Shown here piece after piece: positions 1 through 10,800 of a stretch of 64,000 bases of DNA (its first letter is position 1; each line of letters opens with the position of its first letter). A program made the position numbers and the translations under genes. The stretch covers positions 64,001 through 128,000 of the forward strand of contig CAWALK010000001.1 in NCBI GenBank assembly GCA_963782915.1, in the 5' to 3' direction. The stretch is from an uncultured archaeon (lineage in GTDB: Archaea > Thermoproteota > Bathyarchaeia > Bathyarchaeales > Bathycorpusculaceae). Below the pieces are notes generated by a model, which worked only from the letters and a program-made list of their open reading frames with translations, was not told the origin of the DNA and searched no databases.

Positions 1-111
1 AGTGTAGGTTTCCATAAACACTGCGTCTGCGGACCGTGTTTCTTCTAAGCCTTTGACAGTGATGCCTTTGTCGTCGTTTAACCCTAACCCTACGAATACA
101 AGTTCCTTCAA
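1..111 (-). CDS. dph5: Diphthine synthase, 5' part (runs off window)
   Basis: Manual translation from TTG at 111: [37 protein letters not shown], a typical Dph5 N-terminus (GLGL...ITxKGLE...D.V..E.YT). Confidence 0.85.
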   Translation of the reverse strand, partial: MKELVFVGLGLNDDKGITVKGLEETRSADAVFMETYT

Positions 112-152
112 ACTAAGCCCTTGAAATGTAATCAGTATGCTGTGGCTTAAAG

Positions 153-341
153 TTATTTTTCTTTAATTTCACCCTTCTTAACTAACTCATCATAGAAACC
201 CCGGCATGTCTCCATCGGAAGACTATACCGTTGACAAAACGTAGCGAGCACTTCCTCCACAGGCTCACCCGGTTTTCTTTCTTCAATCATTTCTTTAAGC
301 GTTTCAATGGAATGTTTTTCATCAACAATTTTTTTACTCAT
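153..341 (-). CDS. Small hypothetical protein
   Basis: 62-aa ORF with natural composition, co-oriented with dph5. Confidence 0.6.
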   Translation of the reverse strand: MSKKIVDEKHSIETLKEMIEERKPGEPVEEVLATFCQRYSLPMETCRGFYDELVKKGEIKEK

Positions 342-496
342 AAAACTTTCCTGCCCTAACCACTACATTACCGTTCTTGCGCCTGTTCTAAAAGGCTTTT
401 GATATAGGTACGTTTTGGATGGAACATCCAACCAAACCTTTATATGATTTACGTTTACAAGAAACATGGAATTCAGCGGCATAGGAAACAGAAGAC

Positions 497-1631
497 ATGA
501 AGCCTATTGAGAGTTTAGTTAGGGATAACGTTCGCAATCTCAAGCCCTGTGTGCATGGGGCAGAGGTTTATGGTGCCGCTGAAGAAAGTGGATTTAAGTC
601 TGAAGATATTTTGGATTTTAGCTCCAGCGTAAACCCATTGGGGCCTTCTCAGAAAGCTCTTGATGCAGTAACAGAGGCGTTTGGGCGAATCGAGGCTTAT
701 CCGGACTCGAACTCTAATGCGTTGCGGCAGGTTCTTGCTGAACATTTCGGCGGAATCACCAAAGATAACATTGTTGTCGGCAACGGTTCAACCGAACTCA
801 TGTACCTCTTCGCAGAGGCGTTTCTCAAAAAGGGCGAAAAAGCCTTGATGGCAGCGCCAACCTTTGGCGAATACGAAAGTGCCGTCCGCAAAACTGGGGA
901 ATCACCCAAATTCGTCAGGTTAAGCGGCAGTTTCCAGCTTGAAGCCGAAGCTTTCCGACGCGAAATGGCAGGCGTAAAACTTGTTTTCCTATGTAATCCT
1001 AATAATCCAACGAGCAAACTTATCCCCAAAGAGACCTTAACTGAAATCCTCGATAACGCATTAGCACAGAATATCTTAGTCTTCCTCGACGAAGACTTTT
1101 TAGAGTTCGTCGATGACGAAAAAAGCCGAACCATGATAGGCAAAATCGACAAGTATCCGAATTTGTTTATTCTGCGGTCTTTCACCAAACTTTTCGGTTT
1201 AACAGGATTGCGCTGCGGCTACGGCATTGCCAGTAAAGAAATCATAGATGTAATGTTGTGCGCTAAAATTCCCTGGAACGTTAACTGTTTAGCTCAGGCA
1301 GCGAGCGGTTGCAGCACTTAAAGACGAGCAACACCTCAAGTTGACCCATGAGTTAATCAAAAAAGAAAAGGCTTGGCTGCAGCAGGAACTGAGCCAATTC
1401 AGCGGCTTCAGCTTCACTGCCCCCGACGCAAACTTCTTTTTCATAGACATCCGCAACACCAACTTAACTGCCAATGCACTAAAGCATCGAATGCTAAAAC
1501 AAGGCATCTTAATCCGTGACTGCAGCAGCTTTGTCGGCTTAAACGAATTCTACATCCGAGTTGCAGTTAAAACCCATGAAGAAAACGTTCGGTTGATAGA
1601 TGCGTTTAAGAAGGCGCTAAAACCGGTTTGA
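497..1631 (+). CDS. cobD: Threonine-phosphate decarboxylase CobD / HisC-like PLP enzyme (split by an indel near 1300)
   Basis: Motifs HG, DFSSSVNPLG, YPD, GNGSTE, CNPNNPT, DEDF, RSFTKLFGLTGLRCGY; C-terminus ANFF..ILIRDC..YIRVAV is in ORF 1341-1631; adjacent to cbiB. Confidence 0.8.
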
Positions 1632-1638
1632 GTGAAAC

Positions 1639-2607
1639 ATGTTCGCTCTTGACGTGTCTTGGCTAATAGATTCAGTCTTTATCTTCACGTTAGCATTTTT
1701 AATCGACTTGGTTTTGGGCGAGTATCCGGATAGGATTCATCCCACTATTGGTATCGGTAAACTCATAATTTATCTTAAAAAGAAGGCAAAGTCGCCTAAT
1801 CCGCGGGTTGAGAAAGCCAACGGCGTCTTCATGGCGCTTATTATTATGGCGGTGTTTGCGGTGCCCATAGGTGTATTACTTTTCTGGCTAAGATGGTCCT
1901 TTGGCTCCATCCCATACATCATCGCAGGCGCAATATTATTCAAAGCAACGTTTGCCATCACAGGCATGGGGCAATACACAAAACCAATCGCAGCAGCACT
2001 CAAAAACAACGATTTAGCAGGCGCACGAAAATGGTTACCCTACATCGTGCGGCGTGACCCAAACTCACTTAATGAACGCCAAATTGTCTCTGCCGCGGTG
2101 GAATCCATCGCAGAAAGCACAACAGACGGCATTACAGCGCCATTCTTCTTTTTCGCATTATTCGGTGTCCCGGGAGCGTTTGCTTACAGAGTTATCAACA
2201 CTTTGGATTCTATGGTTGGCTACAAGAACGCCGAATACAAAAACATTGGCTGGTTCTCCGCTAAACTCGACACCATAACCAACTATGTCCCCGCAAGAAT
2301 CACTGCTTACCTCATGGTTGCCTCAGCTATGCTTTTGGGCATGAACTGGCGTGAATCATATCGCATACTGCAACGTGACAAACACAAGACTTCTAGTCCC
2401 AATGCAGGGTTTACCATTTCAGCTATGGCTGGTGCGCTCAACATTCAACTTGAGAAGCAGGGTTGCTATAAGTTGGGTGATGACCATGGGATTAACCATG
2501 AAGACATTGGCAAAGCGTTGCGGGTGATGACTTTGACGGCTGCGTTGTTTGGGTTGGTTGTGGTTTTGCCGGTTTTGGCGTTGCGAATCTATATTCTTGG
2601 GCTTTAA
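1639..2607 (+). CDS. cbiB: Adenosylcobinamide-phosphate synthase
   Basis: Motifs DLVLGE..HP, AVESIAES.TDG.TAP, YR.INTLDSMVGYKN, SPNAG. Confidence 0.92.
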   Translation: MFALDVSWLIDSVFIFTLAFLIDLVLGEYPDRIHPTIGIGKLIIYLKKKAKSPNPRVEKANGVFMALIIMAVFAVPIGVLLFWLRWSFGSIPYIIAGAILFKATFAITGMGQYTKPIAAALKNNDLAGARKWLPYIVRRDPNSLNERQIVSAAVESIAESTTDGITAPFFFFALFGVPGAFAYRVINTLDSMVGYKNAEYKNIGWFSAKLDTITNYVPARITAYLMVASAMLLGMNWRESYRILQRDKHKTSSPNAGFTISAMAGALNIQLEKQGCYKLGDDHGINHEDIGKALRVMTLTAALFGLVVVLPVLALRIYILGL

Positions 2608-2691
2608 GGCCTTTTTAGTTTCATAAATTGGTAAGTTGGGTTTAAAGAGTTGATTTAAGTTAAACAAAAAAAAGTTGAAAATGAAAATAGT

Positions 2692-2967
2692 TTAGGCTGT
2701 TTCTGGGGTGCTTTGCATTTCTGGTGGCGGCGCAGTTTCGTCTGTGTGACCTCTTGAGAGGGCTGCAACTACCAGCGAAAGAACAGCAATGAATAGGTAT
2801 GGCAGTATGGTTGATAAGACTAAGAATGCTGCATAATCTGCTGGTGGTGGAGTAGAGTAGGAGATTTGGAGCAGAAGATAAGTTATGACTGCCAAGATAA
2901 CGGTGAAGATTACTGATACAATGCCGAAGAAAAGCGCTATTTTACTTATGAGTTTCAAATTTACCAT
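2692..2967 (-). CDS. Small membrane protein (2 TM)
   Basis: Two hydrophobic segments in 91 aa. Confidence 0.6.
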   Translation of the reverse strand: MVNLKLISKIALFFGIVSVIFTVILAVITYLLLQISYSTPPPADYAAFLVLSTILPYLFIAVLSLVVAALSRGHTDETAPPPEMQSTPETA

Positions 2968-3050
2968 GATTCTGCACGACTGGTAATACTTTTGTTTTGT
3001 AGGTGCATTTTAAGTTATGCCCAAATTGATTGCTTGGATTGTAGTTGGCG

Positions 3051-3210
3051 GCTTTGTTGCTCTCACGAGGGACCCCCTCCCTTATTTATAGAATGACAAA
3101 TGCAACCTAACTCTTGTTGGGATAGAGTGCATTCATTGAATATGCGCTGTGCAAAAGCAATGCTTGTTGAGGTTGGTTTGCTCTAAATGCACATTTGCAG
3201 CGGTCTAGTC
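3051..3210 (+). repeat. Dispersed intergenic repeat family A, long copy
   Basis: GCTTTGTTGCTCTCACGAGGGACCCCCTCCCTTATTTATAG followed by blocks TGCATTCATTG and GCGGTCTAGTC that are colinear with copy 36466-36627; partial second core at about 3261-3281. Confidence 0.75.
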
Positions 3211-3426
3211 GGCGACTTCTCAGTAACTAACTTGAAAAACACGCGTCCTCTCGGATGCTAACGCCCCTCCCTTGTTTAAAGGATAAAATAGTCTTAATTT
3301 GCTCTGAGGAGATTGCCCATCTGCTATGTTAATGGGCAGGGACACCTTGAACTCGCCTATACGGTGTTTTGATAGCTCAATGTTAACAAGACTATTTAAG
3401 CCGGCATCAGTGTAACCACAGCGAAT

Positions 3427-3912
3427 GTGTTCTTCTTGAATGCCCTAATCATCCTCCACTCACAACATCACCAAAACACCCAAAAAGTGGCAGACGTAAT
3501 TGCAAAAGTATTAGATGCCAAAGTAAAATCACCCACCGAAGTAGACTCCGCCAGTCTTTCAAGCTACGGTTTAATCGGTTTCGGTTCAGGCATCTACTTT
3601 GGCAAACACCACAAAACCCTCCTCCAATTAGCAGACAAAATGCCGCAGGTAACCAACCAACAAGCCTTCATCTTTTCAACCAGCGGCCAAGAAGGCAAAG
3701 CAGAAAGTTTGCACAAGAAACTTCGGGAAAAACTCGAAAGCAAAGGCTACCACATCATCAGCGAATTCAACTGCCCCGGATATGACACCTATGCCCTCAC
3801 AAAACTCGTCGGCGGCATACAGAAGGGTCACCCAAACGAGGAAGACCTAAAATTAGCACAGACATATGCGGAAGACCTCAAACGGACATATAACGTTTTG
3901 TTGCTCTGCTGA
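3427..3912 (+). CDS. Flavodoxin family protein
   Basis: Motifs S.H.NT.KVA, IGFGSGIY, FIFSTSG, F.CPGYDT, GHPNEEDL. Confidence 0.85.
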   Translation: MFFLNALIILHSQHHQNTQKVADVIAKVLDAKVKSPTEVDSASLSSYGLIGFGSGIYFGKHHKTLLQLADKMPQVTNQQAFIFSTSGQEGKAESLHKKLREKLESKGYHIISEFNCPGYDTYALTKLVGGIQKGHPNEEDLKLAQTYAEDLKRTYNVLLLC

Positions 3913-3935
3913 TCCTCCCCTCCCCTTACATAAAG
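3895..3935 (+). repeat. Repeat family A core copy
   Basis: GTTTTGTTGCTCTGCTGATCCTCCCCTCCCCTTACATAAAG, overlapping the flavodoxin 3' end. Confidence 0.6.
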
Positions 3936-3952
3936 CGCTGATTAGGCACCCT

Positions 3953-4510
3953 TTAGGGGTTGCATAGCATCTTTTTGATTTTAGCAATCATTTTCTCAAC
4001 TTCAACAGGACTTAAACTATCAAGTACCTTTTCGATTTCTAAAACAAACCGTTTAGTTTTCTCAATCACTTCTTCTAAGTCTACCGTTAACTCTTCTGTA
4101 TAATATTGGGCTTCAACACGATCGTACTTTGAATTTCTCAAATCCTTAATGATATCCGGCGAGATTCTATCGCTAAAAAGGTGCTCAAAAACAGCTATTG
4201 TACAATCGTGTATTTCGCATTTGACCCCTATCTTGGAAAGCAGCGAATATACAGCGAAATATTTAGCGTAGTAGCTTGCCGAGACTGCCCATTCAGTAAG
4301 TCCGGCCTGTGAATTTACTTCCATGGCTTTCAAGGCGTTTCTTGATTTTTTGAGGTATGCCCTTACCAGATTCATAGAGGGGTCAATTAGTCGTATGCCC
4401 TTGCTTTTTTTGAGGCACCACTGCAATTGACGTTCTCTATCTTGTATAATAATCCCACAGGATACTGCATATGTTATCGATTCCTTTAAGAACAATGTGG
4501 TTTGCAACAA
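3953..4510 (-). CDS. HEPN domain protein, putative toxin (true start probably about 4430)
   Basis: Helical HEPN pattern W...ASYYA.Y...LL...G.KCEIH.C, plus RVEAQY; downstream of and overlapping the MNT gene. Confidence 0.75.
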   Translation of the reverse strand: MLQTTLFLKESITYAVSCGIIIQDRERQLQWCLKKSKGIRLIDPSMNLVRAYLKKSRNALKAMEVNSQAGLTEWAVSASYYAKYFAVYSLLSKIGVKCEIHDCTIAVFEHLFSDRISPDIIKDLRNSKYDRVEAQYYTEELTVDLEEVIEKTKRFVLEIEKVLDSLSPVEVEKMIAKIKKMLCNP

Positions 4511-5057
4511 CTTCGGCTATTAGCGGATCATTAGTTATCAAACCATCAACAAATTGTTCTTCAGCGATGCATTTGACGTTAATTTCACGATTTAAAAGAT
4601 TGCCAATCTCCCAAAAAGCCGTTTTCTCAATTCGTTTCCCATTAATGACAAGGATGTCTATGTCGCTATCCTGTGTCATGTTTCCCTTAGCAAAACTCCC
4701 AAATAACAAAGCGGTCTTTCCCAAATCGTGTGATATTTCGCTTAGCAGTTTTTTTACCTCAAAATTCGTCGCTAAGTATTCTGTAGTTTTTGACGCTTCA
4801 GCAACAATCAAGTACTGTGATGTGAGGTAATTGTCCTTGTTTAAGTTGTATTCTTTGTTTTTGCCTCTTTGTTTGCTGGTTAGGACGTTTTGTTTTTCTA
4901 GTCTGTCTAATTGGCGCTTGACTGCCTTTGGGTCAACTTGTATTTCGCGTGCGATTTCTCTTAGGTAGAGCTGGTTTTTGGGGTTGTGTTTGAAGAGCGC
5001 GAGTAATCTTAGGGTTGACTGGTTTACCTTATAGTCTTTGTAGTATTTATACGTCAT
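4437..5057 (-). CDS. wHTH-fused minimal nucleotidyltransferase (MNT antitoxin)
   Basis: N-terminal HTH YLREIAREI; motif LFGSFAKG..TQDSDIDIL (GSx10DxD). Confidence 0.85.
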   Translation of the reverse strand: MTYKYYKDYKVNQSTLRLLALFKHNPKNQLYLREIAREIQVDPKAVKRQLDRLEKQNVLTSKQRGKNKEYNLNKDNYLTSQYLIVAEASKTTEYLATNFEVKKLLSEISHDLGKTALLFGSFAKGNMTQDSDIDILVINGKRIEKTAFWEIGNLLNREINVKCIAEEQFVDGLITNDPLIAEVVANHIVLKGIDNICSILWDYYTR

Positions 5058-5218
5058 ATGTAGTAATAATACTACAATTTCTCTTTTAAACCTAACCACC
5101 CAACCAAAACAAACCACCGAAAAAAAATGGTGACGCTCCACAATCGCACCTTGCCAGTTATAATGGTTTTTATTCATGGTCGCCATCAATGTAGTGCTAC
5201 AAGAGAGGAACATCGGGT

Positions 5219-6396
5219 TTGAATGGGAAACCACTGGTCAGCATAATCGGTGCTGGCATGTCAAAATTCGGCAAACAAGAAGGCTTACTTGGAAGAGAAA
5301 TTTTTGGGCAAGCAGCAGCTGAAGCTTTTAGTCGCTGCCCCAAACTGGAGCCAAAACGTGACGTTAAAGCCATGTTCATCGGGCACATGGGTGAATCCTA
5401 TGAGCATCAGGGCCACATGGGTGCCACGATTGCTGACTGGATCGGCTTATCTGGCATAGCGGCGACCCGCGTCGAAGCAGCCTGTGGCTCATCAGGCGCA
5501 GCCCTGCGAACCGGCATCTATGCAGTCCTATCCGGGCTTATCCGACGTAGTTATCGTTGGCGGCGTCGAAAAAATGACGCATCGCACAACCGCAGAAGTC
5601 ACCGAATACCTTGCAATGGCCGCAGATTACCCCTTTGAACAATTCCACGGCATCACCTTTCCAGGATTATTTGCCATGATGGCAACCGCACACATGCATG
5701 ATTATGGCACAACAGAGCAGCAAATCGCCAAAATCGCAGTTAAAAACCATCACCACGGCAGCTTAAACCCCAAAGCACACATGCAAAAAGAAGTGCCCCT
5801 CGAAACCGTTATGGGGTCTAAGTATGTTGCGTGGCCACTCAAACTCTATGATTGCAGCCTAATCTCTGACGGCGCAAGCTGCATCATTTTAACCAAACCT
5901 GAACTCGCAAGCAAATACACCGACCAACCAGTCCATATTATCGGCAGCGGACAAGCAACCGACGCCATCGGACTCTACGAACGAGAAAGCCTAACTTCAC
6001 TAAAATCCACCAAATTAGCCTCCAAAGCAGCATATGAAATGGCAAACCTAAAACCCAGCCAAATCAACTTGGCAGAAGTCCATGACTGCTTCACCATCGC
6101 AGAACTCATCGCCTACGAGGACCTTGGATTCTGCAAAGTCGGCGAAGGCGGCAAACTCGTCGAAAGCGGCGCAACAACACTTGGGCGGATGCATCCCCGT
6201 TAACACCAGCGGCGGCTTAAAATCCAAAGGCCACCCAGTCGGCGCAACAGGAACCGCACAAGCATACGAAATGTACCTACAACTAACCGGCCAAGCCGAC
6301 AAACGCCAAGTAAAAGACGCCCAAATTGGCTTAACACATAACATCGGCGGCTCCGGCGCAACCGCGGCTGTGCATATTTACAGGAGAGACCAATAA
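5219..6396 (+). CDS. Thiolase (acetyl-CoA acetyltransferase family), split by 2 indels
   Basis: Motifs [55 protein letters not shown] across three overlapping ORFs. Confidence 0.9.
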
Positions 6397-6800
6397 TGAG
6401 TCAACCAGTTGAGTCTTTTACTATTGAGCAATTCTACAAGTTCATGGCGCAAGGCAAACTTATGGGTGGAATGTGCCAAAAATGCAAAAAAGTCCACTTG
6501 CCACCACGCCCCTTCTGCAACGAATGTGGCTCGCAGCAGTTCAGTTGGGTTAATATTTCAGGCAAAGGCAAACTCGTCACCTACACAGTCATCAACGTGG
6601 CACCGCAGCAATTCCAGAACTTGACGCCCTATGCAGTGGGCATCGTCGAGTTAGCTGGTGGCCTGAGAATCCCCGGCATGATACAAGGCGTAACGCAGGA
6701 ACAACTCAAAATCGGCATGGCCCTTACAGTTGATTTTGGCACTTGTAGCCAGCCTCAGCAGTGGCCTTCGTGGCAGCGTTACTGCTTCAAGCCAGTCTAA
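6396..6800 (+). CDS. DUF35 Zn-ribbon/OB-fold thiolase partner
   Basis: CxxC...PPR..CxxC, G.GKLVTYTVI, PYAVGIVEL; translationally coupled to the thiolase. Confidence 0.9.
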   Translation: MSQPVESFTIEQFYKFMAQGKLMGGMCQKCKKVHLPPRPFCNECGSQQFSWVNISGKGKLVTYTVINVAPQQFQNLTPYAVGIVELAGGLRIPGMIQGVTQEQLKIGMALTVDFGTCSQPQQWPSWQRYCFKPV

Positions 6801-6831
6801 TCTTAAAAAACATCTTTTTTATTATTAAAAC

Positions 6832-6920
6832 GGTGAGGGTACCCGCTGAACGGTTAGAGAAAGAATCCCCAATTTTCAGGAAGAGAGGAAAAACTCCAGC
6901 CATCCAGCAGATGCCTCACC
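6832..6920 (-). ncRNA. Putative long-hairpin small RNA
   Basis: GGUGAGG/CCUCACC closing stem plus an 11-bp stem with three G-U pairs that only form on the minus strand; TATA-like element near 6945-6952; U-run after the stem. Confidence 0.4.
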
Positions 6921-7056
6921 AACCGTGCTAATGTTGACTTGCTTGATTTAAGGCTTCACAAAACCCCATCTGCTCATGTCTTAAAAGCAATATTGAAACC
7001 TAAAATTAGGAAAAACCTATCTACAATCACCACTAACCCATACGTGAAGTGTCAAC

Positions 7057-7668
7057 ATGGCCGCCCAAAAACCCAAAATCTGCATCGTATCCTGCAGCGT
7101 ACTAAAAAGAGAACTCCAACAACTCAAAGCCCAAGGCAAACTCGACGCTGAACTGGTTTTTGTAAGCAAACTCTTCCACATCGACTACGCCCTAGTAGAG
7201 ACCAATCTACGCAAAGTTCTAGAACATACAAAACAACGATTCAACGGCAAAATCGTATTGGTCTACGGTGACTTGTGTTTGGGGCAAGATAACGAAATGA
7301 AAAAGCTCGCAAACGAATACGGCGTAACCAAAGTGGATGCGGTTAACTGTGTTGATTGCCAACTAGGCGGCAAAGGCATAGTGAACACTGTTGATCCTAA
7401 CCATAACTTGATGTTTATGGGTCCGGGCATGATAGAGTTTTTCGAAGAAATGAAACCCAGAATGCTCCAGGAAGGTATGGATGAAGCAGCCTTCGCGGGC
7501 ATGTTTAGCGGCATTAAGGGGTTTGTGGTTTTGGATACCTGCGGCGACGGCGACAAACTGCAGGCGGCGCTAAAGAAGGCGGGGTTGAATGTTGAGGTGT
7601 TGGAAACCCGCAAAATCGGCACAGACAACATCCTGCGCGTAGTCACAGATGCAATAGACCATGCATAA
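7057..7668 (+). CDS. DUF1638 domain protein
   Basis: Pattern SC.VL..E, LH, LVYG..C, NCVDC.LGG. Confidence 0.7.
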   Translation: MAAQKPKICIVSCSVLKRELQQLKAQGKLDAELVFVSKLFHIDYALVETNLRKVLEHTKQRFNGKIVLVYGDLCLGQDNEMKKLANEYGVTKVDAVNCVDCQLGGKGIVNTVDPNHNLMFMGPGMIEFFEEMKPRMLQEGMDEAAFAGMFSGIKGFVVLDTCGDGDKLQAALKKAGLNVEVLETRKIGTDNILRVVTDAIDHA

Positions 7669-7801
7669 CCGTATCAACTGAGTTACTATCCCCTCTAATC
7701 TTGTTATACTGATTGTTTGCCTGCTTTGGGGAACTACCGTAAGTATTAAAGAATGATCGTGACAATAAGCTAAACTGTATCTCAAGCGGATGTGCCCCTT
7801 A

Positions 7802-10800
7802 ATGACTGAACAATATGAACCCACTCCACCCTCTTCACCTATGAAGCGCGTGGAAGACTGGAAAGGCAGATTAATTGACTTATCCAAAAAGAACAATTTA
7901 CTCTACTTCAAAAAAGCTAAACGCGGAAACCTAACCATCACAGCACCTGATTCCCAGAAAATCTTTGATGGCTTAGTTGTTAAGAAGAATCGCATGGAAT
8001 TCTATCTACCCGCTGAAGCTGCGAAGGCACCAAAAAGCAGAGAAAGCAGCGTCCCCAAAAGGGAAAGAAAAAGCTAAAGCAAAAGGCAAAGGAAAAACTA
8101 AAGAAAAAGAAGCTAAACCCGAAGCTAAAGTGGCAAAAGAACCCACAAGAGCCGCCACCATAGAAGCCCCCCAAGCTCCTGACGTTCCAAAGCGCCCAGG
8201 CGCAAACCAACTCGTCTGCGGCAGCCTAACACGCCAAGAACTCGACCGCAACCTCAAAGCACTCGAACGCCGCTCCCTACTCGATTACCGCGAACGCGGC
8301 GTACGCATCCTACATGCAGCGTTTGGCACACTCAACTGGGTGGATGCAGAAACCAAAGAAACGGTTCAGTCACCGCTGATTTTGGTCCCGCTTGAACTCG
8401 GCAAAGAAACCATCAGGGCACCCTACAGCATCGCACTGCCCCCTGTTGAAGATGAAGCACTACTTAACCCCGCATTGCAGGTTAAACTCAAAAAAGATTA
8501 CCGAATTGATTTGCCCCCGTTGCCTGAAGAATGGGAAGAGGCAAAGCTGGCTGACTACTATGCCCAAGTCGAATTGGCTGTTAAGGAGATGGGCTGGAAA
8601 ACCGAAGCCTCAACAGACCTCGGGTTATTCTCGTTCCAAAAACTGGTAATCTACAAGGACCTTGAATCCAACGCCGCATTAGTAACTCAGCATCCGATTA
8701 TCCGCGCCATCGCCGGCATCAAAGAAGACAGCCTGATCCTAAGCGATTTGCCTGACGAAAAAGACGTGGACAAAGTAGAGTTGCCAGCCAAAACCTACCA
8801 GGTCCTTGACGCCGACAGTAGCCAACGCGTCAGCATCGAATATGCCCTGCGCGGTCAAAGCTTCGTCATGAAGGGACCACCAGGCACAGGCAAGAGCCAA
8901 ACCATCGCAAACATGATTGCGGAATGCATCGCCAACGGCAAATCTGTGCTATTTGTCAGCGACAAAATGGCGGCGCTCGAAGTCGTGTATAAACGGCTCA
9001 GTGATGTGGGGTTGGCGCATTTCTGTTTAGAAATGCACAGCAGCAAAGCCAACAAGCAACAAGTCGTCGCTGAACTCAAACGCAGCTTAGACGAAAACCT
9101 GATCCCGCGCAAGTTGCCTTCCACTCACGAATTCGATAGACTCGCAGAGTACCGTGACACCCTCAACGGCTACGTAACGGCACTCCATGACAAACGCGCT
9201 TACATGCAAAGAAGCGTCTACGAAGTCCTAAGCATGATTTCCAGCTTGGAACGGGTCCCATTTGTGCCCGTGGGCTTAACGGAACTCAGCACATTAACCC
9301 CTCAGAAGCTGCGTGAACTCGAAGAACTCGTCATGCAACTCAGCAAAGTCTGGCAAGTCGTAGAGGAACCGGATTTCCCCTGGCTCGGTTACAAAGCGGA
9401 TAAGTATAATCTTGAAATCCGAAGCGAACTCCTCACCTCACTCGAAGCCATCAACCAAACCCTGCGAGATTTAGAACTCGAAACCGAAGACTTCTCCGCC
9501 AAACTAGGCGTGTTTCCACCAGAAACCTTCGCCACGAATCCAGTGGCTACTTGACGTTAGCAACATGCTCTTCCAAAGCCCCAAACCGGAACAGTTCTGG
9601 ATGACAAACCCCGCCCTCGATAAACTGCTTGCGGAGGCGAAGGCGTATCTGGAAACCAGCCTATGGATAAAACAGACCCGCATCAGCCTAATGGAACGCT
9701 ACAACCCTGCGCTATTCGATTTGGTTCTTTCGCGGTCACAGGAAATCCAGCAGGCAGTAACAAACTGGGCAAAGCATCTGCAATCCCCAACATCAGCGAA
9801 GGCGACTTCCTATCTAAACGCGAAAAGTACCTCGTATTCATCAAAAACACAGAGTTAACCGTCAAGAAATGGCGTGAAGCCTCAACGGCGCTTGCTCCAA
9901 TGTTGGGCTTAGACACAGGCGACTTAACAATCACACAACTCAAACAACTCTCAAGGATGGCGCTACTCTGCTTCTCTGAGGATAAACCGGAGCCACAGTG
10001 GTTTGACGCCAAATACCTCGAACAGGTACAAGAAACAGTCGGCAAAGCCAAGCAACTCTACCAAGAACACAGCCTACTAAAAAGCCGCTTAGACCAAACC
10101 TACACAGACGACCTCTACACACTTGACCTCGACACCTTAATCGCCAACTACAGCGGACCATACCAAAGCGGCATGAAACTCTTCAACAGCGACTACCGCA
10201 ACGACCAGAAAACAATCGCCAAAGTCACCAACGACGGCAAAGTCCCCAAAGAAGTCCTCCAAGACTTAATCGACGCCCGCAAAGTCAACAAGTACGCTAA
10301 AAAAATCAGCGAATCCGCCCAAACCGTCCAAACACTGCTGGGTCACTATTACCACAAGAGCAGAACCGATTTCAACGGTGCAGAAAAAGCCTTAGCACTC
10401 ACCGAAGAAATCCGAAAGCTCTCATGGGCAACAACCGTTCCTGAACCACTGCTCAAACTACTCACCACATCCGCATCTCCTTCCCCGATGATTAAAAACT
10501 TGGGTCAAGAACTTCGCGATTCAGTCGAGAAATGGGAGCGCCAAATAAAAGATGTAGAAACCCTGCTTCCGCAAAACATGCCCAAATCCGAAAAGGCAAT
10601 CGCTGAAACCCCTTTGCCACTGATTGAGGAATGGGCAACAGAAACCGAGAAACTCCTCACACCGCTTTGCAGCGTAACCAAGGACACCCTGTCAGTAGCT
10701 AAGGTTGAACCGCAAAACTACAAGCAACTAATCCAAGACCTCAAAAACAGCGAGGACATCCGCAAAAAAGAAGCGCAGATAGTCGGCGAAAAAGTGCAGC

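Noticed and set aside
6880-6900. GAGGAAAAACTCC as RNase P conserved region I
   Set aside because: The region is too short, the other conserved regions are absent, and pairing favours the opposite strand
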